Source: Amoebophrya sp. A120
Lineage: Eukaryota > Protista > Dinoflagellata
Length of the DNA stretch: 64,000 nucleotides
NCBI GenBank assembly: GCA_905178155.1
Contig: CAJINV010000028.1
Coordinates: 107,235-171,234, forward strand
Direction of reading: 5' to 3'
How positions within the stretch are numbered: the stretch's first letter is position 1; each line of letters opens with the position of its first letter. Positions 34,805 through 46,336 of this stretch are shown here, piece after piece. A model generated the notes under the pieces. The model did not search any database. It saw only the letters and a list, made by a program, of their open reading frames with translations, and had not been told where the DNA came from. The translations under genes and the position numbers were made by a program.

Positions 34805-37800
34805 TCTATCTGCGCATGCCACTTTCCGTCGTGCCGCTCGTGCTCAGCGAGACTGAAAATGATATTTCTGCTGCCAAATCATGCCAAAACCGTAGCCGAG
34901 CCTTTGGTTGACTACTCCAGCACGGCCTTGAATAAAAGACAGTCTCGCTGTAGTTTATTTGTGTGGTAATATCCTGTGCAAAAGTATCTTACTCATTACA
35001 CTCTTTCTCGTATTAAAGTTAAACGCAGTCATGCATGACAGATCTGGTATGGCTGCGATGAATGCGTACCCAAAACTTCATAAGTATACAATTTGCATCT
35101 TGTTCTGCGAAGAACAAATTGTCTATATGCAATTTGAATTTCCAGCATGCAAATATTTACGTTTATACTTTTACACTGCATACGTGATGTGAGGCGAAGC
35201 CGATATCTCTAACTTTGGTGGCACCATGAAACCGCCACCCCCTCCATTGATGACCGCGTCGAAACCTTCAGAAGTCAGATCTGAGAAGTCCAGTATCTGC
35301 GCTTCACCATCCGTACCGCCCGCGCGATTCCGATTCTGTGACAAAGAAGGATCTTTATCATTGCAGTCCTGCTCCTGCGAAGGCGGGGGTTCCGTGAATG
35401 ACACAGACGGAGCCTGCCAAGTTTCGTGGTCCCGCGATTTTTCACTAGGCGACGACTCCATCGACACATCGGAGAGGTTTTGCGTCACAATTGCCTGGTT
35501 GGTCTCCGCTCGATCTGCTTCTTTCGATTTTCGGATCAAGTGCAAGTATGTCTGGGTCGGGATGAAAGCAGAATTTTGTCATGCAGCAGTTTTCAGGTGA
35601 CACTGACGACCAAGAAGGTCTGGCGTTGCAACTGTTAGTCGAGAAGACGCTTCAATGCCTCAGCCGCTTTGTACAAACCTGCTTCTCCTTCTGAGACATA
35701 ATTATACCAAGCATTGCAGTAACTGTAGCTTTCTTCGCTGCTCATGCATGACAGGTTTTTGCTCGATCTGAAGTGTGCATTTATAAGTTCGAATCTTCCC
35801 CGGCGACAGACACATGTTTACGCTTGATATTACCTGCAGATAGTGAACCGTCCTCGCCCTTGTCCTGTGATTGCAAGCACGGTGCTCCTGCAATATTAGT
35901 AGACAAAACCCTATCTGCGTCGAGAACTACGTCCTCGGCGTCTATGGCACGGTCCGCGGCGTTGTCCACATCCTCCTGACGCAAGACCGGCCGATCGCTC
36001 TCTACTGCGCTTGCCCCGCTGCTCCGTCGAGATGGAAACGCTTCGGTAACAACAGGCACGGCTACCTCCATGTCGTCGGCTCTTGATGGCTCCTCACACA
36101 GCAGAGCCGGGACTGCAGGTAGTACATGATTTGATGTCTTGGTGTCAGTTGCAGGTCGCGACGATTGTTCCTTGCGGAGGCAAGACTCATTCGTCTCACT
36201 GCGGTTTAATTTGTGGTTTCTTGTTTCGAGCAACGGCTGGGGCAACATGCTGCCAGCACCAATCTTGACACCGGGAGATCCATGGCTTGGGCGATGATGA
36301 GGAAGCTGGGATTGCGCCGTTGGTTCGCTCGGCTGCGACGGGGGGACAGAAGTCGGCTGGATCGTGCGGGGATCGGTAACGGCGCTTGACGGACGCGACG
36401 AGACTAGGCTTGCGGTAGCTCGGGGCCCGTGGTCGGCGAGATGCTGTAGGTTACTCGTCGCGCACGAAGTTGCTTCCTCGCCGATTGCTGGGTCTTGCTG
36501 TTGCTGTCGTTCATCCTCTGACACTGCCGGCATACTAGGACACGACACTCGACAACGTATCACTTTTGCCTCCGCTTGTTCCTCCGGCGCAATAGTAGAA
36601 CCAGTCATCTTGTTCTGTGCGACGATTGAATTACAGGACCTAGACTCGGGCGTAATCGTAAACCCCGGACTAAGCTCCTCCATGAATGAAATTGCCGCCA
36701 CCTGCATTTTGCTGCGAATTCGGTCTGCGTCCTCCTTTGCAACTTGCACCTCGAGCCGCAAGGCGTCTTCCCTTGCACGCGATGCTTCCCGCAAATCTTC
36801 CAGTTCCTGTGCCTTTTTGGCCTCGAAATCGCGCACTTGCTGCACACTCTGAGCTTTAGTTTCCTCCACCGCCTGCTGCAGAGTTCGTCGAAGCTCTGCC
36901 ACTTCTCGTTCCTTCTGCGCCTTGTACTCCGCGAAAGCCTTATCTTTCACCTGCAGTTCTTTGTTCGTCTCGTTTGCGGTAGCCATTTCCCGCGCTACGA
37001 CGTGCGTTTTTTCCTTTTCCAGTATGGCAAGCCGAATCTGCAACGACTTGTTTCTTGCTGCGGCGACCGAGTCAGCTTGACGTAGGGCCTCTTGCAAGCG
37101 TTTGCATTCGTCGCACTTCCGTCTAGCGGTGAAGACCGAAGTGTGGTCTGCACTGCGCTCCGTAAAGAATACGTCACCGTCTTTGGAACTGTTGCACGTA
37201 TCTGCATTTTTCGAAGACAGGTCTCCCTCTGCAGGAGCTGCTGGTGTGGAGATACAACTGCTTGTCGAGGGTACAATCAGGGTCGAGCCCCCTCGAGTCC
37301 CTGTGATCTCTGCTGCTTGTCCTTCGATATCGGTCCTTGCAGCTCCGTTCGCCTGAACAGGGTGAACAAGTTCAACATTTAAAAAGGCTTCTTGCTCGTC
37401 AGCGCCCATTCCGTAGTTCACCGAATCTGTACTAGCGGAGCCGGCTGGACGTGGACATTTTTCAGGAGCACCTGCAGTGCATGGAGCCGTACCTCCTCGT
37501 GCGCCGGAATTATCTTTTTCACGATGACGTAGTAGCGACGTGGGTCCAACACTCGCGGTTCGATCTAAGTTTTCATCACCGCACCGATGCACGGGATCCA
37601 GTTTTTCCGGTGGAGCCCCGCCGGCGTCGAGTTTTCTTCTTTTGCTATCTCGAGTTAGATCTGCAGTTCGCTTCAGCGACACGGTCCCACGATGCTGCTG
37701 TGCGTCCTCGGCAATGCTACGATTGGCCGATGAAGCTCCATCTTCCATTTCATGCCTTTCCTCCTGTTCTTGGTCGTCGGCCTTCTTTTTCTCCGCCGGA

Positions 37801-38539
37801 TGTTGGGGACTGCGCATTAAGGAACTTCTCGATGTTGACGTTGGGTGCGTGGTATTACAATTATTGACCTGTAGTCGATAGCAGAGTCAAGTTGTATCTG
37901 AAAAAATTTGCATCGCCGTCAGCGGGCGGATACACCTCGACTTTTCCTTCGGTGTGGCCGAACTGGTCAAAGAGAACACAATAGTGCTCAAGTCGCTGAG
38001 ACGAGAACAACCAATGTCGCTATGCCACAAAATGTTTGGATTTGAAGCTGGTGTTGGCATATTGCAAAAATATATGCAAGTCAAACGCACAGAGGCCGAT
38101 ATACAAATGCTATACGCGGCGACACCATGAAAAATATTAGATGACCGGCAAATAGGTGAGTTTCTGGCCGATCAAGAGTAAGTACCTGCGTGGTCCCCGT
38201 TCTTGTTCCTCGGTCTGTGCAGAAAGTTTCTGGCATCCTCTCCCCCGCGCCGCCTACATCTTGTCCCGAACTCGTTCTGGCATTTTTGCAGATATCTGCA
38301 CTAGGAGAAACCGTCCTCACCACGGATGCAGCTCTGCCTTCCGTCACCTTGTCAAGCTGCTGCACTGGTCCCGTACTTGTCATGGCCTGCCGCAGGTGGC
38401 GTTGCCCCACCTTAGGTCGATCTTCGCGGTCCTGTTTTGAAAGGTGTGAACATTGCGGCATCGGTTCATGTTGAAACGATACGAGGGAAAAGTGTAGTAC
38501 TACCTGACAGACCCGCCAACGCGAGCGGTTGATGCACAT
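34805..38539 (-). CDS. Hypothetical protein with central coiled-coil (multi-exon, ends approximate)
   Basis: The 678-aa ORF 35781..37817 has an E/K/Q/A-rich heptad segment and links to 35171..35545 and beyond across two elements. ORF 38081..38539 is a probable upstream exon. Confidence 0.6.
34970..35182. mobile_element. Introner-like intron, family B, inverted relative to most family-B copies
   Basis: GGTAA/CGTGA repeats. TATCCTGTGCAAAAGTATC is at the left end. Frame continues PHIT|TQINYSE. Confidence 0.8.
35528..35787. mobile_element. Degenerate family A element (boundaries approximate)
   Basis: GATCAAGTGCAAGTATGTCTGGGTCGG at 35534. TTCGA repeats at 35523 and 35788 give an in-frame join. 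Confidence 0.6.
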
Positions 38540-39599
38540 AGTACGCCGTCGCCGAGATAGTGTTAATATACATTGAGGCAGACGTGCAAGCAGGAAGACA
38601 AAATCAACAAAGTTGCCCGAAAATGGGCGATCCCTGATGCCGGAGCGAATGAACTATACCCGCCCCCGTGTTGCGCTAGTATACTTTTGAATCAGGAGCT
38701 CCGGATGCCGAGTACCGGGCTCGGAAGACGTTCCAGGCACATGCCCTTTTTCCACCCGCACAGCCGGCCCTTTGCCACTGCCTCGAGGTTTAGCGTGGTC
38801 GCCAGTTTTTTCATTCCCCTTGTCTGTGTTGGTCTGGTTCTCTAAATGCGCACCTACACCACCCGGCGGCCCGGAGGTCCTCGCGAACGGCAATGAATCT
38901 CTTTCTCGTCGCCCTGCTGCTCCTTGCTCAGGGTTTTTGGTGATTGCTTGAGCGGCAGTGGTCGTGGTCTGGAGTATTGTCATGCGTTTATAATTCGCAT
39001 CGATGACGATTTTCTGTAGTTATTGCACCTCTTTTTCCGGTCTGTGAACGTATTGCGGCAGTCGCTCGGCCCAGACTCATGCTAAGAAAAATGCGCCAAA
39101 GGTTTGCACATGCGCAGAAGATGCGTCAGCAGCCGCCTGCGCTTCTGGCAAGCATCTTCAAAGCGTGCGACTTGTTCTGTGCCTATTGCTAGAAAACCTA
39201 CCTGGCTAAGTCGTTTGGCTCCACTTTTGGTCGCCGGCGCAGGGGGCACTTTTGCGTTTTTGCTCTGGATGCAGGTTTTCGTTTTTCCTGTGCCACATTG
39301 TTTTCCAACTACACCCGAGGGACTCTGATTTTGAATTCATTTTCGATTCGCGGCGGTTGAGCAGACAACCTTCCACGTCAAAGAATATACCAGCTTCATT
39401 GAAAGTTGTACCAGTGTTGCTCAGACTATTGGAAACTATATTCTGCTACTAGCGCCCAACGAGTTCTTGCACGTAAATTCGAAACAAACTCAAGTATTCA
39501 AAAACGGGCGGCCAAAAACTATGCAACCTGCAACCACGACTACGACAGGTCGACTGCTGTGCTTCGCAAGAAACCATGAATGTCGTGAATCAGATCCTG

Positions 39600-40691
39600 C
39601 TATGCTCCTGCAACCAAATGGAGATGTACCTCATCGTGCGGTCTTTGCTGGAGATTGGGCCTTTCTTCGTTGGTTGGCCGCATCCGGGTTGTATCTTTGT
39701 CGGTGTTCGCTTGGGCGCATCCTTGCTTCTGCATTGCCTGCCGTTGCCGGTTTTGCAAGAGCAATGACGGAGCATCTTCATGGCGTGCCGAATCCATCGC
39801 AGTTGTAGCTTTTGTGCTCACCGATCTGCCACGCCTATGATTGGCGTTTTGCTGTTTCTGACTGCCCTGCTGTATTAGGCTGTCCTGTTGCCGAGTACTA
39901 GGCGCGAATCCAAGCCTCACAGATGCAGATGCAGATGCTGGTGGCGCAAGAGGAGCAGATCCTGATGTCGTCAAAGGACCGCCTTTCTCGCGGCCACTTT
40001 TAATCCTCCGATTCCCAGCGCCAGTGCTGGCCTGCTCTTGAGCGCCAATTTTAGCAACGCCTGAGACCACCTCTGAAGACGCTAAAACCGAGGTCGACGC
40101 TCCCATACGATCTCGATCTGGTTGTAGCGAGGAAGTGGGAGGTGGTACCGACTGCTGCAATTGCACACTACTGGAAGAGCTCGAGATAGGACCGCCCCCG
40201 CGAGCTGCGGGTGCTGTTCGGGAAACGGCGGGCTCCACAGCTTTCTTCGTCCCATGTTGGGCACCAATGCCGACAGCTATGCTGGAAGATGGCCTCGGGT
40301 TCATCTCGTTCATCTTCGGTTCAAGCCTTTCAAAAACAGCTGCGAAGTTAGTCGGCCCGGCGCTCGGCCGCCGTCTGTCAGCTACTCGGCGACACCCGTT
40401 GTTAGAATGGTCCGAGTTGTTTTTAGGCTGGGGCGCTGGGCTGTCCTCGAAAATTATGGTGCCGCCACTGGCACTGATGGCCTCCGGCGAGTCTGGTACA
40501 GGAGCCGGCGCATTTCTATTTCTGCCCCAACCACCACCTACAAACCGCGTCTTCATCCCCCCCTTCGCACCTACACCTTTTGCCTTATTTGCGCCGACCC
40601 TCGGAGGTGTGTTTGCGAGCGGCACACTGCCACCATCAACATTCCTGATACCTTTATAAGTGCCTTTCGAAACCTGGGCTGATGCTTGCAT
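39600..40691 (-). CDS. Hypothetical G/S/A/P-rich protein
   Basis: 363-aa ATG-initiated ORF on the gene-bearing strand. No domain; the 3' end may be spliced. Confidence 0.55.
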   Translation of the reverse strand: MQASAQVSKGTYKGIRNVDGGSVPLANTPPRVGANKAKGVGAKGGMKTRFVGGGWGRNRNAPAPVPDSPEAISASGGTIIFEDSPAPQPKNNSDHSNNGCRRVADRRRPSAGPTNFAAVFERLEPKMNEMNPRPSSSIAVGIGAQHGTKKAVEPAVSRTAPAARGGGPISSSSSSVQLQQSVPPPTSSLQPDRDRMGASTSVLASSEVVSGVAKIGAQEQASTGAGNRRIKSGREKGGPLTTSGSAPLAPPASASASVRLGFAPSTRQQDSLIQQGSQKQQNANHRRGRSVSTKATTAMDSARHEDAPSLLLQNRQRQAMQKQGCAQANTDKDTTRMRPTNEERPNLQQRPHDEVHLHLVAGA

Positions 40692-41029
40692 CTTGACGGA
40701 TGATGATCACGCTAATATTCAGATTCGATTTTCAACAAAAAATCTAATGCTGCTGCATCTTGCAGCGCACACGCCTGCGAGATAATTCGAAACCAGTATC
40801 TATCGTGGCCGGTATAAATTGATTTTTCTTGACGAGCTTGAGTGTTTTAGATGCACATGCACAGCTGCTTGTATGAATAAATACAGATGTCTTCTATCTA
40901 TCCTCAATACGCGACATGTTTCTTGCAGTCATCTGTCGTGCTGAAATGACGTGATCACGGAACTTAAATTCAGAATATGGTGAAAGTAAAAGTTGTTCTT
41001 GATGAACCACTTCACAAGGAATTCGAATT

Positions 41030-42000
41030 CGATGAAAGAGACAACTTGGAGGTGGTGCTGGTCACAACAAAACGGTAACAAGCTGTCCAGAACAAAAACA
41101 TGATCCATGATCCCTGCTTTTTCCAACCGCGACCACCTCCTCAGCAAAGGCGCACACACATCATCAGGATACGCCGAAAAGCTGCGATCCGGTTCTTTTG
41201 GTTCTTCTTGCTGAACGCTGTGGCTGTATACGCAAGATCAAGAAAACAGAAACAACTCATGGGTGCGTAGCACATCTGCAACGCACTTGCCAAGCATCAT
41301 CTGCTGCACCACATCAATTTATTGAGACTTTTCCTTTTCTGCATTGCAACGGGACTTCAGGATCAGGCTCAACGACAACATCAACATCATGTGGCTCGAC
41401 GTTCTTGGGAATCTTTGTTGCGATAAAAAGAGCATTTTGCGAAGTCGCGCGCATCAACAGGTGAAAGTGGAAATAACCACATGTCACGTCAAAATCGAGT
41501 TGATCGATCATAGCACACAGCAAAGTAGAAATTCGGTTTCGGATCATCATCTTGCACAGCATGGATCTTCTGGAACTCGAACTGATAGGTACTGGCACCT
41601 ATATTTGCTATTGTGAGTAGAGATACACGGTCTTGTTCAGTTGCTCTTACTGTCCTAAACCCCAAGTAGCGAACACGGCGGGGTAGCGGAACGCAGTCCG
41701 GGATGCGTTCGACAAAGAACGGAGGCAGACCAGAGTGAGATCTGGACTTTGCATATCTGTCAACTGCAATTTAGTGTTAGTAAATATCATATCATCATCT
41801 TTATTTTTTGTCATCTCTGCCGCGAGGTAAGATGATCTTGGTCGCAGGAGAAGTCCCTTCACCTCGATATCATCTTTCGCAGCGGCCTCTTGCCGCGAAC
41901 CACTTCCGTATCCGTGCTGGTCGATGTACTACTCCCTAGCGGCAACGTTCCATTCGAGCCGAGGGTCCCGCTCGTCCTCCCCGACGGCTGATTAGAGCAA
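41030..42000 (-). CDS. Probable exons of a hypothetical protein
   Basis: Short minus-strand ORFs 41647..41862, 41314..41598 and 40929..41159 have protein-like composition. Model unresolved. Confidence 0.3.
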
Positions 42001-42579
42001 CAGCAAGCCGCTGTAGAAATAGTTCAGAGATGCAACTGCAAGGACTCCACCTACGTCCAGCTCTTGCTGCAGTGTGTTGCGCAAACGAAAACTACGGACC
42101 TCTGCGTCGTCATGTTTATTCGCGAAGCAAATTCTGCTTCTCGGGTCAATTACCCTTCTTGCTCGCTCTTCACGAGCAGCGCAAGCTGCAAACACGGCTA
42201 CTCGCATCTCTCTTCTGCACGCCCTGCTCTCCGTGCCTCGGAAAAATCACGGCTCACTCAAAGAGGAAAGCGCTTCATTGCAGCTGCCTGTCTCACTGGT
42301 GGTGCTTCGCCCGTCGAGCTTCGTTGCCCAGGTCAGTCTCTCACCAAGAAAGAACCATCTCGACGGCAAGAATGCGAATTCAAATTGCGTCGCGATGCAA
42401 AAGCAGCTAGGAAAATAAGCAACGCTTCGTCCGCCTCAGATGCACAATTTGCAAGTGCGGGGAATATATGCTGTTGCCCTCGGTTCTCTCTAAGCGATTG
42501 TCCTTTGTATTGAGACCTTGCGCACCACGGAAGAGGAAACACAAACACACGACGACACGAACAACATATATATATATAA

Positions 42580-43230
42580 TCAACAGGCCACCCAAAAACT
42601 TGATGGGTAGTGTCAGTCCTCTTGTCGGGGCCGGTTCAGTTCTATTACGAGATACCAACGACAGTTACCAGCGCGGCACGGACGGGCCTGTACACAACAG
42701 CAGGCCACGGACCGCATGGTCAGAGGAGAGCTCGCCCCCGGGCAAGGATAATGAATTACCAGCACCCGGCCAGCCGCGAAACAACAGCGGCAGAGCCGGC
42801 GTGCAGACGCCCGGGGGTAAGCGGGTTACTGGCAACAGGCCCAGATAAACGTCGGGCCCGCGCCAAGGAGAGACAATGAGCGGGCCCAGACTAGTAACAT
42901 CGGACCCGCACAGCAGGCAGGTGAAACGGGCCACAAAAATCGGGCCCGCCCCTTAGGCCTGGTTTGTGGTGTATATGATTACTCACAGTCAGCGCGCACC
43001 AAAGGCGCGTGTGAACGAGGGCGCCGCCCTACTATTTAATCTCCGGGCGGCAAGGAGATGCACAATGGGCAGGCCCCGCAATCGGTGCGGGGCGGCCCTG
43101 GCGCTAGGGGCGCGCCCAAAAAGGGCAGGCGCCGAAAGTGTTGGGCCCGCACCGCAGACATGCGGGGGGCCCGTAATTTATATAGACAAAGGGCAAGCCC
43201 CGCGGTGAGCGCGGGGCGGCCCCGACGTCG
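42580..43230. repeat. GC-rich, hairpin-dense non-coding segment with recurring GGGCC(C)
   Basis: About 8 GGGCC motifs and several stem-loops (e.g. GCCCCGCA-ATCGG-TGCGGGGC, GCCCCGCG-GTGAG-CGCGGGGC), starting just after a (TA)n run. Confidence 0.45.
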
Positions 43231-46200
43231 CAGCTGTCGTGGCGGGACGCGCCTCCGTTTTCCTCTCCTCTTGATGTAGCCGAGGAGATGATTTGAACGC
43301 CCCGCACTTTGGAACGGATAGCGCGCCTTGCGCATCTGTTTGCAGCTGAATCCCAGACGACGGGGGGCGGCCCCAAAAGCAAAAGGGAACGGCTCTGCGC
43401 GACCCTCTTCTCCTGCACGCGTAGCATACGGGAGCCGGCTTTTTTCTTTCATTCTATCCTGGAGAACGAAGCCGTCACCGAGCGGGAACGTTTTGCTACA
43501 TGCACGATCTTGTGCCGCGTCGTGGCTCCCGCGTTGCTGCAGGAACAAGACCCGGCGCTGAGAAAAAGTTCCTCCGAGCTGATCACGGCAACCTTGGCGG
43601 AATGGGTAGCCTCTTCCCCGTTTTTGCTCGAGCGGCGTAGCACAGCTTGCAGGTGGAACAAGTGTACCACTTTGCATCGCCGGGCAAATGTAAATGATGC
43701 CGCAACGTGCTGACTTGCTGCTCGCTGGTAAATGCGCAATGCGCAATACAACCGCGACTGCGCGAGATGTCCGACGCGACGGCCGCGCATTTTGCAACAG
43801 GAAAAGTTCGCGCGTCATTCTGCGTCAAATTCCAAAAAATAAAGAATAGCTGCAGACGAAAGAATTATAATATAACATTAACATCCGAATTATTTTTGAG
43901 AATATTTCTCAAACTTGCTGTTGCTAGCACTCCGGGAAATTGTAAAATCTGACAAAAAAAAAAACCAAGCTTAGCTCTTCTCTCTTGCTTGGGGACTGTA
44001 CCTCCCGGAGTTACAACACGACATCCACCCAATTATTTCTTGCACACGGACACGACGCCTGCGCCGGTAGTCATACACAGTGGTCATGTCGCCTATCTAA
44101 CATCTCGGTAGAAGTGATGAAAACAAAAACATCGTGCTGAAATGAGTCACCGGTTTGCTCAACACGTGAAAATAGGACTCTCGGTCTCTCTTCCTGACCG
44201 AACTTCCCAAGACAGCGGAGCGAAGTCATATGTCTAGACCAACACCGCACTCAAACTCAGTATTGCGGATGAGAAAAGACAGCCATTGGGTCGGTCATTC
44301 ACTCTCAGCTGCCGTCCTCTTCCACAAAAAAAGCCGCGAGGAAAAAAACATTTCAGAAAATCTGAAAAAAAATTAGTAGCAGGGACAAAACCGCGGGAGA
44401 ACAATTCCTGGGTCAGCTAAGCGCGTTCGTTGCGATTGTGGGCGACACTCCCGCATGGTACCTCCACAAATTTACAATCATGTTGAAGTTGATGCTGGTA
44501 GTCCAGAGTACCCACTGTCTTTTCACCTGGTTAGCTGCAGGGAATTTTGTGCCACTTTCATCTACTTCTTGTGCAAGACGTGTCCTTCCAATCGCTGTGT
44601 TGAATTGATTACAATGCTCGCATATCTGCGCCGCAGTTCTCGGCCTTACAAACTCGTCATAGCAGCACATCCCGCCACCCTCGTCGCCAGTCCAGCGACA
44701 AAGCAACCGAGGTACCGGCAAGCGGTCCTCAGGGTTAAGGAAGTGCGGCGAAAGCTTTCAATTGACTACGGACGCCAGGATGCGATCTGGATGCAAGTTT
44801 CGCCCTTATCGTAGCGAAGTGACACGACTTGATATTTGCCGCGGTCCAGAGCGGCGTCGACTTTCTAATATCTTTGTCTCTTCAAACTCAACGGGACACG
44901 CGAGCATCTTCAGCATGCCGAGTAACAATCAAGCAAGCGAGTGCGGCGTGCCGAGGGAAAGATGATCTTGGTCCTCGTCGTGGCTGACGAATAGAATACC
45001 GACAAGTGTTCCACGGCTCCGTTCGGCCCGAGCCTCCGGAGGTGGAGGTGCACGGCAATTACATATTACGAAGTGGAAGAAGACATTTGCTGGCACACAA
45101 ACAAAAAAACAGCGATACCAAACAATGAATTTTCTACATGCAGGTGATGTGGCTCCAACACGAGGAAAAAATGTAGAAGTAGATGCGCAAACTTGCCTGG
45201 AAAATAAAGGCGTAACACTTTATCTGCATTCTCCGGCACAACCCCCGACTTGCTATATGTGTAAGCGCACTACGTTCGCAAGAACATCCAATCGCATGGC
45301 CCGGAGACCTTGAGCACCTCCCTGGCCTCGTCCTTAGGCTGGAGCTGGACACATCGTCAAAATCGGGTCCATGATAGAAAGACATGAGTGTTCACTTCAG
45401 ACTGCGCGAAACATGAGAATGAGCCCGCAATAATGCGAGGAGTTTTAGGACGTTTCATCGTGGTATTGATATCGGATCTATCAACGAAGATGCGATCATT
45501 CTTTTTGAATATGCGCACCAAATGCTACATCAAGATGAAGGTCACCAACAAGATCTTCTAACAAAATCGAATATACTTGAAAAGCGCTAGACAAAATGGT
45601 GGGCAGATTTGCGTTCTTACGTTTCCGCATCACCACAAACAAACAAGCATGCTCAATTGCTGGTAGTATACTATGCATCGAATGAAGGCGTCGTGTCGAA
45701 TCCGTATATTCAGTGTGCACCATGCTTCCCCTCGGCTGTACTCATATTCATGTTGTCGACATTCAAATTTTTTCCTGTATCTCCAACAAGTGTCACGAGT
45801 GGCGCCCGTGTAGTGTGTGAATTCCGGAGCCAGATATTTATTTCAATTTTCATGTATGCAACAGGCAGGGACTTGTGTATCAGCATCCTACTTTTTTCCT
45901 TCTTCTTGTAGTTGATTAGTCTTGTCATATTTTCCTGAAGCGGCCGTGGCTGTGACAAGTATTTCGTTCAGAAGAATGGAATTCCAAATATTTATCAGGG
46001 AAAGGAAAGCGCAAGTCTATTCTAGAAAAGTAGTAACAATAAGTAATCATAAATCTGTACACGAAACATCATATCCACGACTCGCACTGCAACGTAAATC
46101 CAAATTCGGTTCTGGTTCTTTCCGTGAATAAAACGTCATCACGTCGGCCGGGGGAGGTGGGAAAAGCCGTCAAGCTTGCTTGTATCCCTTGAAAAAGTGA

Positions 46201-46336
46201 CCCTGGGTGGTGATTCTACTTCATCTTTAATGCAATTTGTAAAACCGAAACTGACACTGGGCTTGGTGCGTACTTTCACTTTGTGAGTACCGGCGCCACG
46301 ACATATTAGTCTATGGCGCCCCTTTTCCTTTCATAT

